64,000 bases of DNA from Pavona decussata (lineage: Eukaryota), in contig CDRNST010000011.1 in assembly GCA_977016875.1 (NCBI GenBank), positions 1,054,001-1,118,000 of the forward strand. The letters run 5' to 3'. Shown here one piece after another: positions 13,366-23,877 of this stretch. The notes beneath the pieces were generated by a model that saw only the letters and a list, made by a program, of their open reading frames with translations, was not told where the DNA came from and made no database searches. A program made the position numbers and the translations under genes. The first letter of the stretch is position 1; every line of letters starts with the position of its first letter.

Positions 13366-13511
13366 AGAGCGAGCAGTCGATCCGAGCCAATAATAAAATT
13401 AAATACCATCACTGACTGCACAGCTGTTTCCTAGCTATAAACAGCAGGAACACTGAATTCCTGGGGAACATTTAAAAATTATACCTTTTACTTTTTATTA
13501 TATAGTATGTC

Positions 13512-13774
13512 CCACCTGTCGGATGGTGGACCATAGATATGCAAGGCTTCGCACTAGACATGTGTGCGCACTCAAGATTATTTCTCTGAGTTTATTTCAC
13601 TGGCGGATGGTTGACCATAGACATGCAAGGCTTTGCACTAGACACGTGAGCGCACTCAAGATTTTTAATCCGATTTCTTTTCACCGTCAGATGGTTGCCA
13701 TAAAGTCTGACATACCAGGCTTTGTACTAGACACGTGCGGGCACTCAAGATTATAAATCTGAGCTTCTTTCAAC
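13512..13774. repeat. Tandem repeat, 84-bp unit x3
   Basis: C(G/A)GATGGT...CAAGGCTT..CACTAGACA.GTG.GC.CACTCAAGATT recurs at 13520, 13604 and 13688. Confidence 0.9.
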
Positions 13775-15297
13775 GTGACACTACCATAGCATAACTTTTG
13801 ACCAGGTCACAGTAACAGTTATTAATTGCAACTGATTCATATCGTAGGCATTAAAGTCACATCACGATGGCACAACTTAAGACGAAGTTAATTTCATAAA
13901 TTGCCATAATTTAGTCAGTCCTTTCAAATTTTTGATATAACATATACTTCACATGCCCATCCCCCCCTTTACTGGTAAAAACTATTGTAAATAATAATTT
14001 GAAAGAAAAGTGACTGCTTCTTGTATAGATCATGGATACCATCCATTTTTATCAGTTATGTTTTGTGCATACACTGCAGAACCAGCTCAGGCAACACTTA
14101 AACCTGATCAGATAACACCGTGATTACTTGTGACTACGTTTTACTGTGTACACTGAATTCACAGCTGTCCGTAAACTTTTATAAAACTTTTGGGTATATT
14201 TTATTTTTTATGAGGTGAGATGAATGGCTGAATTTACTGGTGCATACAATGAACTGAGCAATACCACCCCTCCAAAATTAAGTTCATCCTCGTTTATCAA
14301 TATGACCATTATGTGCGGTCCAATCATTTAAAAATATTACATGTATTCCTCGGCAATAATTTTTTTAAGCATTTAGCCTTTCAACAGGTTCCCAAGTGGT
14401 GTGTACGGCAAAGAGAAAACTTGAACCGCATTTCGCTTGCCCAGATCGCCAACTTATCTCTTCGTCCTGTACTGGATACTTGAATACTTATGACTGTAAT
14501 TGGTCATAATAGAAGCGCTAGCGTCATCTAAAAAACAGTACAATCCAAGAACATTTAACAGAATTGGCACCGTCCTCGCTTCTGTGAGAATAACTGAAAA
14601 TTACATGCTTTTATTACTGACAACACATCATTGCATGCCATGTTCCGAGACGCTGACTTTCTCTTTGGGAAATCTCTGTGTGTCGGTCTAGATAACTGCT
14701 GAATTACATGAGGAACAGATTTTGCATTGTTAAATATCAAAGGCGGGTTACACTTATGTTCGCAGCAGTTGAACCTGAACTTGGCAAGGCATGTAAAGAT
14801 CTCTTTGCAAACTTAAATTTTGCATGCGATTATTTTACCTCCCAGTGGCCAAAGCTGAGTGAATGTAAATTTTAAACATTTAATCATCGCTAGCTGTTTA
14901 AATCCATGGTAGCTGTGGAAAGACCAAATTTAAAGGTCAAGAGTTAAAGAATGAATTTTGTATCACAAGAACGCCAAGGCCTGTCTTTCCGTCCTTGCAT
15001 CCACTTCTAATGTAATACATCAACAAGTGCAAGGGTTGCATCAAGGGTTCCAAACACCAAGAAACAGATGAAGGCAGGAGGCCACTTTGGCCGAGTCCTT
15101 TTATTGTTTCCAGGTATTTAACCTGTGATGAAACCCAAAGCACAAGTTTTTGATATGGCTTCTTAAAACCTTCTTTTGTTGTATCGTTGTAATATATTAT
15201 TGTATTGTATTGCTTACAAAATAAGTATGTAAATTATTCAAAGTTGGAGAGGTCGTGACTTTTTTGTGGAAGTCACTTTTGCATGTGCTTGTGAGAG

Positions 15298-15790
15298 ATG
15301 GATGCAAGTGCAGCTAACTCCCGTTTTAGAGTTCCAAGAACAGTTGAAGAAGAGTCTGCTTTAGTCAGTGAAGCTAGACCAAGTAGCACGGAGTACAAAG
15401 ATAAGTGAGCGGTGAAAATTTTTCGTGAATGGCAAAGCGCTAGAACATTGGAATTTCTGGATTTAGAAGTTTGAAGGGTTGTCAAAGATTACGATTTTCA
15501 CCTCATGTGTTCTGTCAAGGACAATCCGCAGGAGGTGGCAAATAACAAAGGACCCCGCTATCCTCCAGGAACATTGTATGGTATCGTATGCAGTCTAAAG
15601 AGGCATTTAGAGGAGGTGAAGGGCGCATCCACATTCACTCCTTTGGATTATAAGGACAAGATGTATTTTGCATTTCCATATAGAAGTGACCAGCGTTTGT
15701 CTTTATTTTTAACGACTTTTTAATTAAAAAAATTGTTTATTGTATTAAAAAGGTTCCAAATATTTTGCCGCATACTGGACGCTGAGTTCT
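15298..15790 (+). pseudogene. Crypton-type (ZMYM/QRICH1/KCTD1-related) tyrosine-recombinase N-terminal remnant
   Basis: MDASAANSRFRVP...EARPSSTEYKDK*AVKIFREWQ...EVANNKGPRYPPGTLYGIVCSLKRHL...PLD, then a probable intron, then RFQIFCRILDAE. The G-x-x-YPP-x-TLY-x-I motif is typical of this family. The catalytic part is absent. Confidence 0.65.
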
Positions 15791-16021
15791 CAAGGCATCT
15801 TTTCTTGTATTGTAGTAAGCTGATGACAATAAGCAGCAATATTGAGATTTTTGCTTTTGCTATTATAATTTTGATATAAACAAATGTGTGTTTTGATATC
15901 AAAAAACGGAGTGTTTTTATCTGGTGTTTCGTTGGGTATCAAGACTTATCCACCTGACCAAAATAGACATCATTTATTGGCTTGTCACTTCATGAATTGT
16001 TAATGAGTTTGACAAGCCAAT

Positions 16022-16560
16022 GATCTGTCATTACTTATTGCTGAGAGGTACCTCACAGGCTTCATTATTGATGGTGCTTGTTTTAAGTACTGTCAAGAGA
16101 CACAGGCTAATGGTGCACCATCTATCTATTTGCCCTCCTTTACTCAGACATGGGCTTTAAGTGGTAATTTTAACTACCTTCATTCAAAAGTGGTGCCCTA
16201 CATTTCTGGCAGAGAACTGAACCAGCTCCAGTAGTTAATAACTTCAATACACATCAACAATTACCACTGGGGTCTTCTTTGCCTTCACATGTTTTCGTGT
16301 CAAGCCTTTTTTGGTGATGGGCTCAAGGTCAATCCAGCTTTGATAAACGGTGATATTTATTCGGAGTTTGGTGGAGGTTATTAATTTGTCAATGTCCAAA
16401 CAATCCTTACCAACACTGCCACCATCATGGAACATTTCTCTTCCAATTCAATGGACCTGGAAGCGATTGTGTCCCTCGCGTTCGTGTATGATGCCAACAG
16501 GAAGTGGAAACAGTGCACCTATTGTGTCAGTTTTGGTAACTTGGGTTTTCCATAAAACAC
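16022..16560 (+). pseudogene. Second Ulp1-like (C48) protease remnant, intronless
   Basis: DLSLLIAERYLTGFIIDG...YLPSFTQTW...LQ*LITSIHINNYHWGLL...FFGDGLK. Contains stops and frameshifts. Confidence 0.6.
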
Positions 16561-17049
16561 AAAGAACCTTTACTATTCATTAATCGACTTTTTAATTAGG
16601 TAGCTGTAATATGGAAGTAGTGAGCTAAGAGAGAGGAAAAATTTGTAAGGAAGAATTCGGGAAAGGCTTTAAGGTCCAGAAAACATAATAAAGTGGAAAA
16701 GCGAAGACAGAGAAAGAATTGCGAAAAGGGGAAGTCAAGTGCCAAAGACTATAAAAGCAAAATCATGTGCTTGAAAAGCTGCCCATCTGTCGCAGAAAAA
16801 CCTTAAGTTCCAGAAATTCCTGGAGAGAGAACCAAAACATAGAGCAAAAGTCGAACATCTCTCGAGAGGGAAAAGGCTTGTCGAGTTGTCAAAAAAAAAA
16901 AAAAAACAAAGATGAACGATAGAGACAGAGAAGTGAAATTACTCCAAGAAAAGTTCCCAAACCAACAAAGGGAGAAGGTCGCAGCAAGTTGACCGTCCCA
17001 CCCACAGTAACGGGCAAAAAAACACAACTTCAAAGAGTTAGATAGAGAT

Positions 17050-17570
17050 TTATTAGCTATTGAGACTAAAAACATTGGCTCAAAGACATTTCGAAGGTGT
17101 TTTACAGCCATATACCACAACTAATACCGAGTGGTAGTCAAGGAAATCAAAGTCAATGATTCATCAAAGAGAGAGATTGAACGGGCAAAACAAGAAGTCC
17201 TAAATGAAGTTTTAATAGAATCGGATCTTGGAGACCACCCCGGAATCCCCCATTTAGTTGGAGCATGTTCCTTACAAGCGCCCTTTTATCTGGTTCTCCA
17301 ACACTTGGCGGTTGAGGGCTACAGTATTACCCCCTCAAAGGCTGCAGCAACAGCAGTATTGCCTATGTTACTGATTGCGCCAAAATTCTTAGAAAAATTT
17401 GTCAGGTGTTGTTGTTTATGCATAAGAGGATAGGACAGAGGACAAGGCCATAAAGCCTCCCTTATTCATTTCGGCAAAAGCAAAAAAATTACCAACACAA
17501 AGCTGATGAAACCAAATGTTGACATAAGGGATGCAGCCAAGAAATATCCAAATATCACACCTGAAATTAG
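17050..17570 (+). pseudogene. Protein kinase remnant
   Basis: Degenerate Gly-loop IGSKTFRRC, VVVKE (subdomain II Lys), EVLNE (helix C), DHPGIPHLVG, YLVLQ, then LIHFGKA (DFG-like) and ITPEI (APE-like). Frameshifted, with the catalytic loop deleted. Confidence 0.7.
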
Positions 17571-17869
17571 GGCTTTCCACAAGTTGCTCGGCAACTTCTC
17601 GTATTTCGAGCAATGTTTTGCATTCTGAGCAATTTCTATTTTTTTACCAATTGTGAAAAATCGGAGCAGCTTTTAGTGCTTAAATTGGCCTTGCTTCCAT
17701 ATTTCACAAGGTTTTGGTAGACAATTTATGAATTTCCTGTGGAAAAGGAGCCAGATCCTCCCCCCTGGGGCAGATCACAGGTGCAAGATGCTTGTAGCCG
17801 GGCTGCCTGGTTAGCAGTTTTTTTAAAGAAAATTCAAAATAGAGGACAGAGATTCAAACTCGACCCTTT

Positions 17870-18770
17870 TGAGTGTCTCAGGTGAAGAAGGTCATTCAGA
17901 TCCTTTGAGGGAAGCTGCAGAAGCAGGAGCAAGACTGAGTACTCCAGAGTATGCAGCAATTCAAGAGAATGCAAAGTGCAAACAAATCCAGCTGAAAAGA
18001 AAAAAAGCGAAATGTCCGCTGCACAGCCTATCCAAATGTGAGTGCTTGGGATGGATTAAATACGTTCAAAGGAGAGCATCTTACTGTGGTGTCGGGTAAA
18101 CTCAGATGTGATGCATGCAAGGAAACCGTGTCCAAATAGAAAAGCTTTGTTATGAAGCACATTGTATCCTAGAAACATTAAATCAAAGACAGCTATTGCA
18201 AAAAGCAAGAAAAAAGACCAGAGTATTGTGGACCTGATGAAAAGAAACGAGGAAGAAATGAATCCAAAACGTTTACAAACATTTCACGACCTTGCTGCAC
18301 CATATTTCAACACTGTGGATGCCGCCGAAACTGATAGCCACTGGAATGGCAGGAGACCTACTCCTGAGTGCCATGAGATTACTGGAATCGGTGAGCAACT
18401 CGGGGGAAAATAGTTGAGTGCGTGACCACAGCTCTATTACCAGTCAGCATTTCTCGGATTTCCTTGCAAAATACCGGACAGAAAAGGAAAACTGCAGTGG
18501 CCTCGATGGTGGGCGATCCGAAAGAACAGCTGCAGGCAGAAATGCGGTCACTGGGATACATTAAAATACTATTTATGTATACCATTATCCATACGAATAA
18601 ATTGCTGTCACAAGCTTTTAGTTTTATATATTTGAGTTTTCTGCTTTGCAGGTTTGATGGAGGTTTTTTCACTCGCAACCTGGAGGGCAGCGTTGAGCGC
18701 AATATGCGGCGAGGAAAAGGGCCTCAAGGAACTCGAGACTTCCACAATATATGAGCGTCCTGTCAATGAC
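17870..18770 (+). pseudogene. CGGBP1-like (hAT-related) transposase remnant
   Basis: A frame near 18060-18180 reads FKGEHLTVVSGKLRCDACKETVSK*KSFVMKHIVS*KH, a CGGBP1-type C2H2/BED-like finger. The rest is fragmentary. Confidence 0.55.
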
Positions 18771-19494
18771 ATTGTTCTTTTGGAATCAGTAGGGATGTTA
18801 GTTGTTACCTTTTGTATGTCTTAAAATTTTACCACCTCACTTTTCGTACAAGGTAAACAATTGCCCCTCAAAAAGAGATTGTTTAAAAAAATTACCCCCC
18901 TTGTAAACCACCCCCCCCCCCCCCCCAGCATGTAATAAATGATTGGTCCCTAATTGTCAAGGGTATTATGGACTGGCCCATGTGCTCACACTCAGAAGTC
19001 AACAAGGATTATTCTCAGATTTTGTATTTATCAGATTTTCTTTTCACATCTCTTGCGAGCTAGCAAATCTTGTAAGTATTTACTTTTCGCTTTTGCATTT
19101 TCAGTTCTTAGGAAGAGATTGCTGATGTTCTTAGATCGGAAGCAACTGCTAGAAATTTAGCAAGGTTTATGGTAAGTCAAACAATCATTATATAAGCTGG
19201 CAGAAAACTGCATATATCTTAGAAACACAGTTTACATCATGATTATCCCCGAATTCAACCGAATTATTCTAGACTGAGGGTGGTAAGACAATTAAACGCT
19301 TGTATGTCAAAAACAACAGCAAAACAAAACAACGCAAATGGTTTAAATTAAAAAAGCATCAATGCGAATCTTGGGTTTGCTGAAAACAACATTTTTAAAG
19401 TTTTTAGTTTCTTTTTATAAAGCTTGAACTTGAGATCAGCTTTTTTTTGTTAGGGCTGAGACATTGAGCACTCCGAGTTCTGGGACTTTGTTAA

Positions 19495-21547
19495 CCCATT
19501 GCCCCCTCAGAGCGTGACGCGTGGCATTATGCTAATTTCCTAGAAATTTTGGAGTGAAGACTGCGTGATCCAAACGCTTGAAATTAACCATATGCGCAGT
19601 AGCACTATAGCCGGGATCAGGTTTCAAAGCAAAGCTCATCCGAAAGAGGAGGAATTCTGCTGCCGGAAAGTGTAAAAATTTTATCATTTGATGCATGGAC
19701 ATATAGGACAGGGAGAAAAGCACAAATCAAATTAATTTTTTCTGTGTTTTCACGCGGCGAGCTCCAAATATGAATAATTAGCGACCGCATAAAACTGTTA
19801 AGACAGGTCATGTCAAGAACCGAAAATGGGTAAAATCACTGTTGTATACATCAAACATGAATTTTAACTGTATTTATTGAAGTTTTCTTGCAGATTCAAG
19901 GCCATTTAAAGGCAGGCAAGGATAAGAAAAGGAGAGAATGACTCGAGCCGCACGAGAACTCTTCGCGAAAAGCAAAGTACAGACGCATCGCATCGCAAAC
20001 TAAAACTCACGCCGCCAAGGAACGACAAAATAAACAAGTAGAGATTCCAAACAAGTTTTATTTACAAGATAAAGAATTCGGCAGCCAAAATGTGACAAAT
20101 GACGCTAAATAAAAATTTAAATTGTGCCAAATAAAGGCCAAATTCGTGTGACCGGTCCAAAACAAAATACGATTCAAAATACTATATTCTACGCATCATT
20201 GAAAAACAATTCGCGGCCTGATTGCAAACTAGTGAAACGTGTCACTATTAGTGGCCAAAGGTTATTTAACCAAGAAAAGATCTCAAATATTGATTAGGCC
20301 AAAATGCAATGAAATCATGATCGTATGTACTTTTGAAACTCACCGATAGTTCATAGAGCGTAGCGTCGCAGATGGGGACTCGGGTTATAAAGAATGCAAT
20401 TTCAAGCCGCGTGGTATTCATGAAAGCAAGTTTTGCAAAGCGCGCTACACTACACGGTAAACACTGAAAAGTGGTCTCTACTGAACGTCCCCCACTTGTT
20501 TTTCTATCCACCCTCTTATAATGCACACAAACTTTCTTCCTTCCTTCAATTTTAAAACTAAAATGCTTCCCAATATTTTCTGGGGCAACCGACAAATTAT
20601 CAATCTTGCGGCGCTTTGAAAAGGCGATCGAAATTTTCAGCACCGCGAGCGGGCTCCGTAGTTGAATCGTTAAAATACAAATATTGACTTATTTGACTTA
20701 ATTCCTCAAACCTGTTCATAGTCATTACCCTTTTGATACTCTGATTGCCCAAAAAATCATCGTTAGACCAAAATAAAGCGTGAATTGGGTGGCGATTTAT
20801 CCACATGATCAAATTTATCCCGATAAAAGCCTTTAATTCCGCGCGCGTGATTTGATGAAAACTAGCAAATCGATCGCCTAACTTTTACTGCGCGTAGCGA
20901 TTACTTTCCTCTACAACTCTGTCCCAGAAATCGTCTCCTTAAAAATTCAAAAAGACATCTAATTCGGAAGGATTATCTAAGGCTATATTAGGACCAGACG
21001 CTGCCACGAACGGAGGAACTTGAACATCTGAGAGGTGAGCCGTCCATCTCGCTTCTTCTTCTTCGTCGTCTGTGTCATGGCTTGGCCGTGGAACTTGGGC
21101 TTCTTCTTGATCAGGAGCATCTTCTTCGTCTTCTTCAGCGTCTAGACCCCCGAAATCTAAATCTAAATCATCGTCACTACTAGATCCTCCCTCCCCAAAC
21201 CCATCAAAGCTTTCTTCATCCCCCGAGTCCCCAAAAAGCGCCGCTACATCCGTATCATTTTCGAGCGCATTCGCCATTATCTTGCAAATATCAGTTACCT
21301 CGCGCGATGAAAAAATTACCGACCTAGGGGTGCTTGACATGACCTGTCAAAAAATGCGCAAAAGATGGCATTTGATTGGTTAACCATCTCTTTTGATCTC
21401 TATGACAACAAAAAAACGAAAAAGCCACCAGGGGGAGGTAGAGAGGCGAAGAACCAGCCGCCATTTTGGACGGGCGGTCTCGGGCGTTTCAGGAAATTCG
21501 GGGGTTGTCGCGCATGGGCGGTTACGGGCGTTTGAGGGGTCAATGGG
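19495..21547 (-). mobile_element. piggyBac transposon, internally deleted
   Basis: TTAA|CCCATTGCCCCCTCA ... TGAGGGGTCAATGGG|TTAA (TTAA at 19491-19494 and 21548-21551; 15-bp TIR with 1 mismatch). Confidence 0.9.
20400..21340 (-). pseudogene. piggyBac (PGBD4-like) transposase remnant lacking the DDD core
   Basis: Acidic N-terminus; FWSNDDFLGN...VMTMNRFEELSQ..YLYFND...DRLFK is joined directly to the C-terminal Cys-rich domain RKKVCVH...ETTFQCLPCSV. Confidence 0.8.
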
Positions 21548-22596
21548 TTAAACAACTACAAAAAAAGATCATCGGTGATGGAAGCTCTAGGCAAGGAAAT
21601 GGGTACATCCACAATGCATGTGACGAATTTACCCTTCATCTGGAAAACTCCATAACTGTAAAGAGCTTCCTATTCTTCGTGGATGCTTTTCAAAGTTCTC
21701 AACAAAAGAATATAATAGATTCCATTTCGAAATTCCAGGGTGACCTCCCGAAAATTCAAGAATTGCAAGCTTGCAGCGATGAAGTAACTCTCCTTAAAGA
21801 CGTTTTTCTTTATTTTTTCCAGTTAAAAAATTGATAGCAATCTCTCCCATCACTTCCATCAGAAGGTATGTAAGCCAAGTTTCATTGTTACTCATCGTCA
21901 TATGGCATATCAGAGGAAATTATCAATCTTGTGTAAGTGCTATGCATGTGCTCTCGTGGTTTTCTGTTGCAGGTTCTAACATATTCTACTTCTCTATTTC
22001 AGCTTGCCATTTCTGAAACAGGATCTGCAGTTGCCTTCGCACAAAGCATAAAATTCACTTTTATGACAACTTTCAATATTTGCCTGCTCTTCGATCCCAT
22101 TTACCTGGGGAAGGTTATTGGGCATGTCACATACACTGGTGGGCTCTTCTCTTTAAGGTTCATACATCAGAAAGGTTTCCCAGGGCCAAGAGGTGACTGT
22201 AACTTATCCTGGGCATAGTGAACCTTGAGATCAGTTCGAATCCTTTCATGAAAATGCTCCCAAATACCATTAGCTGTCCATGCCTTGCGGACAGACATTT
22301 GTTAACCATACCTCGAGTGTAGGTGTATACAAGCCATTGCTCAAAGAAAGATAATTCGTTCACTTCTACACTGCAACAACCCATGAAAATCTCAAGCTCG
22401 TATTTCTTTAAAAGAAAGGGTATATCCATTGAAATTCCTTCCCCCAGCTCAGCAAACACCAAATTCCTCTCTAATTTACTTGAGCATTTTATTTTTACTA
22501 ATGTACTATGACATTTTTCATTACCATTTACAGTGTAATGGTGATGGTGATAATGATAATGATATTAAGGATGGATCAACACTCCTTTTATCCTAG

Positions 22597-22906
22597 ATCC
22601 TCTTCTGCTTCATATCTTGTTGGCCACTGGCATACTTCCAAGAAACTTGTGCCAGAGCACTTTGTGTTTCAAAAAGATGAACGGAGAGACGGTTTTGTTC
22701 AGGTGGCAGCTGACAAGAGTGAAAAGTTGCCCACTGCTGCGTACGAGTGGATCGTCCAACACTACAGTTGCTCTGGCAATAATGTGGTCGATCTATTTTC
22801 ACATAATGTGGCTGCAATAGTTGCAACAATGAGGGGTGGCAGAACTGGGATATATTTCAGAAAAGAGGAGGTGCAGGAAAATATTAGGTTTCACCTGGTT
22901 TCGTAA
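22597..22906 (+). pseudogene. Exon encoding a segment resembling the C-terminus of beta-class N4-C/N6-A DNA methyltransferases
   Basis: EKLPTAAYEWIVQHYSCSGNNVVDLFSHNVAAIVATMRGGRTGIYF aligns without gaps from the Pro onward to the N6_N4_Mtase pattern KP..L.E.LI..ST.PGD.VLDPF.GSGTT..AA..LGR..IG. Preceded by a TCCTAG acceptor. The motif I glycines are missing. Confidence 0.5.
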
Positions 22907-23302
22907 GTCCAGTGTTGTAAAGCCCAGAAGGAAATAATAGATCCAGTTGCTCTTTGAACAACTCACAAACAGCAATAGAATTTTTATAGCCGCCGATGGT
23001 ACAAAGGGTGAATATAAAAGGGTGGCCTGCTTGATAAATCATTATCCAGTGAAGTACGCAAATCTTTTTGATATCAATTTTTTCTAATTAAATGATTTAT
23101 CCCCATTCATCCTTTGAACGACTGGGCGCGGTATCTTTTTTCTCAATGAGAAGAGTCAATAAATGTTGTGGAATCGACTCTTACAAATAGTGTGACAAGT
23201 AACCTGGCAGTTTTGTTGATGGATGGCACTGAACTCATTTTTTATTGTAAGCACAAATTATTTAAGAGAGATTTGACGTTTCCCTTAAGGCAATTGTCCT
23301 AT

Positions 23303-23531
23303 TTTCGGACCCCAGATTTAAAAGTTGCAGCGTTTTGTTTTTACAATAGAGTTTTGCCGTATTAGTTGAAGCAAGGGTCTGATTTTAGGACCCCTAGACT
23401 GAAAGTGAACTTTTTTGAACGTGCATTTTTTGTGGATTTAGTTGAACCAAGGGTCCAAATTTGGGACCCCTAAACTTAACGTGAATTGTTTTTAAAAACG
23501 CATTTCCTGTACATTTAGCTGAACCAAGGGT
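23303..23531. repeat. Imperfect ~80-bp tandem repeat x3
   Basis: TTT.GGACCCC...AAAGT/AACGT...TTAG(T/C)TGAA(G/C)CAAGGGT recurs three times. Confidence 0.7.
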
Positions 23532-23877
23532 TGCTAAGCTCTTTACTTTGGCAAAGTATGAGGAAATCGTTTTTTTTTTTTCTATTTTGTATACGTTTAG
23601 TTGGTCCTTACAGCAAACTGTTCTTAAATAGCTTGAGAAAGAGACGTGCTATTTTCAGGCAGCTGCATCACAAAACGCCTCTACAAATTTTTTCCAAGAG
23701 ACTTATAGTGCTGATACTTTGGAGAATGCATGGAGCAATCAATGGGGTAGCAAAATTTATTTCTGCCATGGCAGTAAACATAGTAAAGGTGTTGCTATTT
23801 TATTTAATCCTTAACTTAAACTCAAAATTGAACAACAAATTCAATGATGATCGTAGAAAATTGATTCTTCAGATTAA

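Noticed and set aside
13236-13421. Poly-Ile ORF
   Set aside because: It is the (ATA)n microsatellite.
13512-13774. CRISPR-like array
   Set aside because: The units are similar along their whole length with no unique spacers; no cas genes; eukaryotic context.
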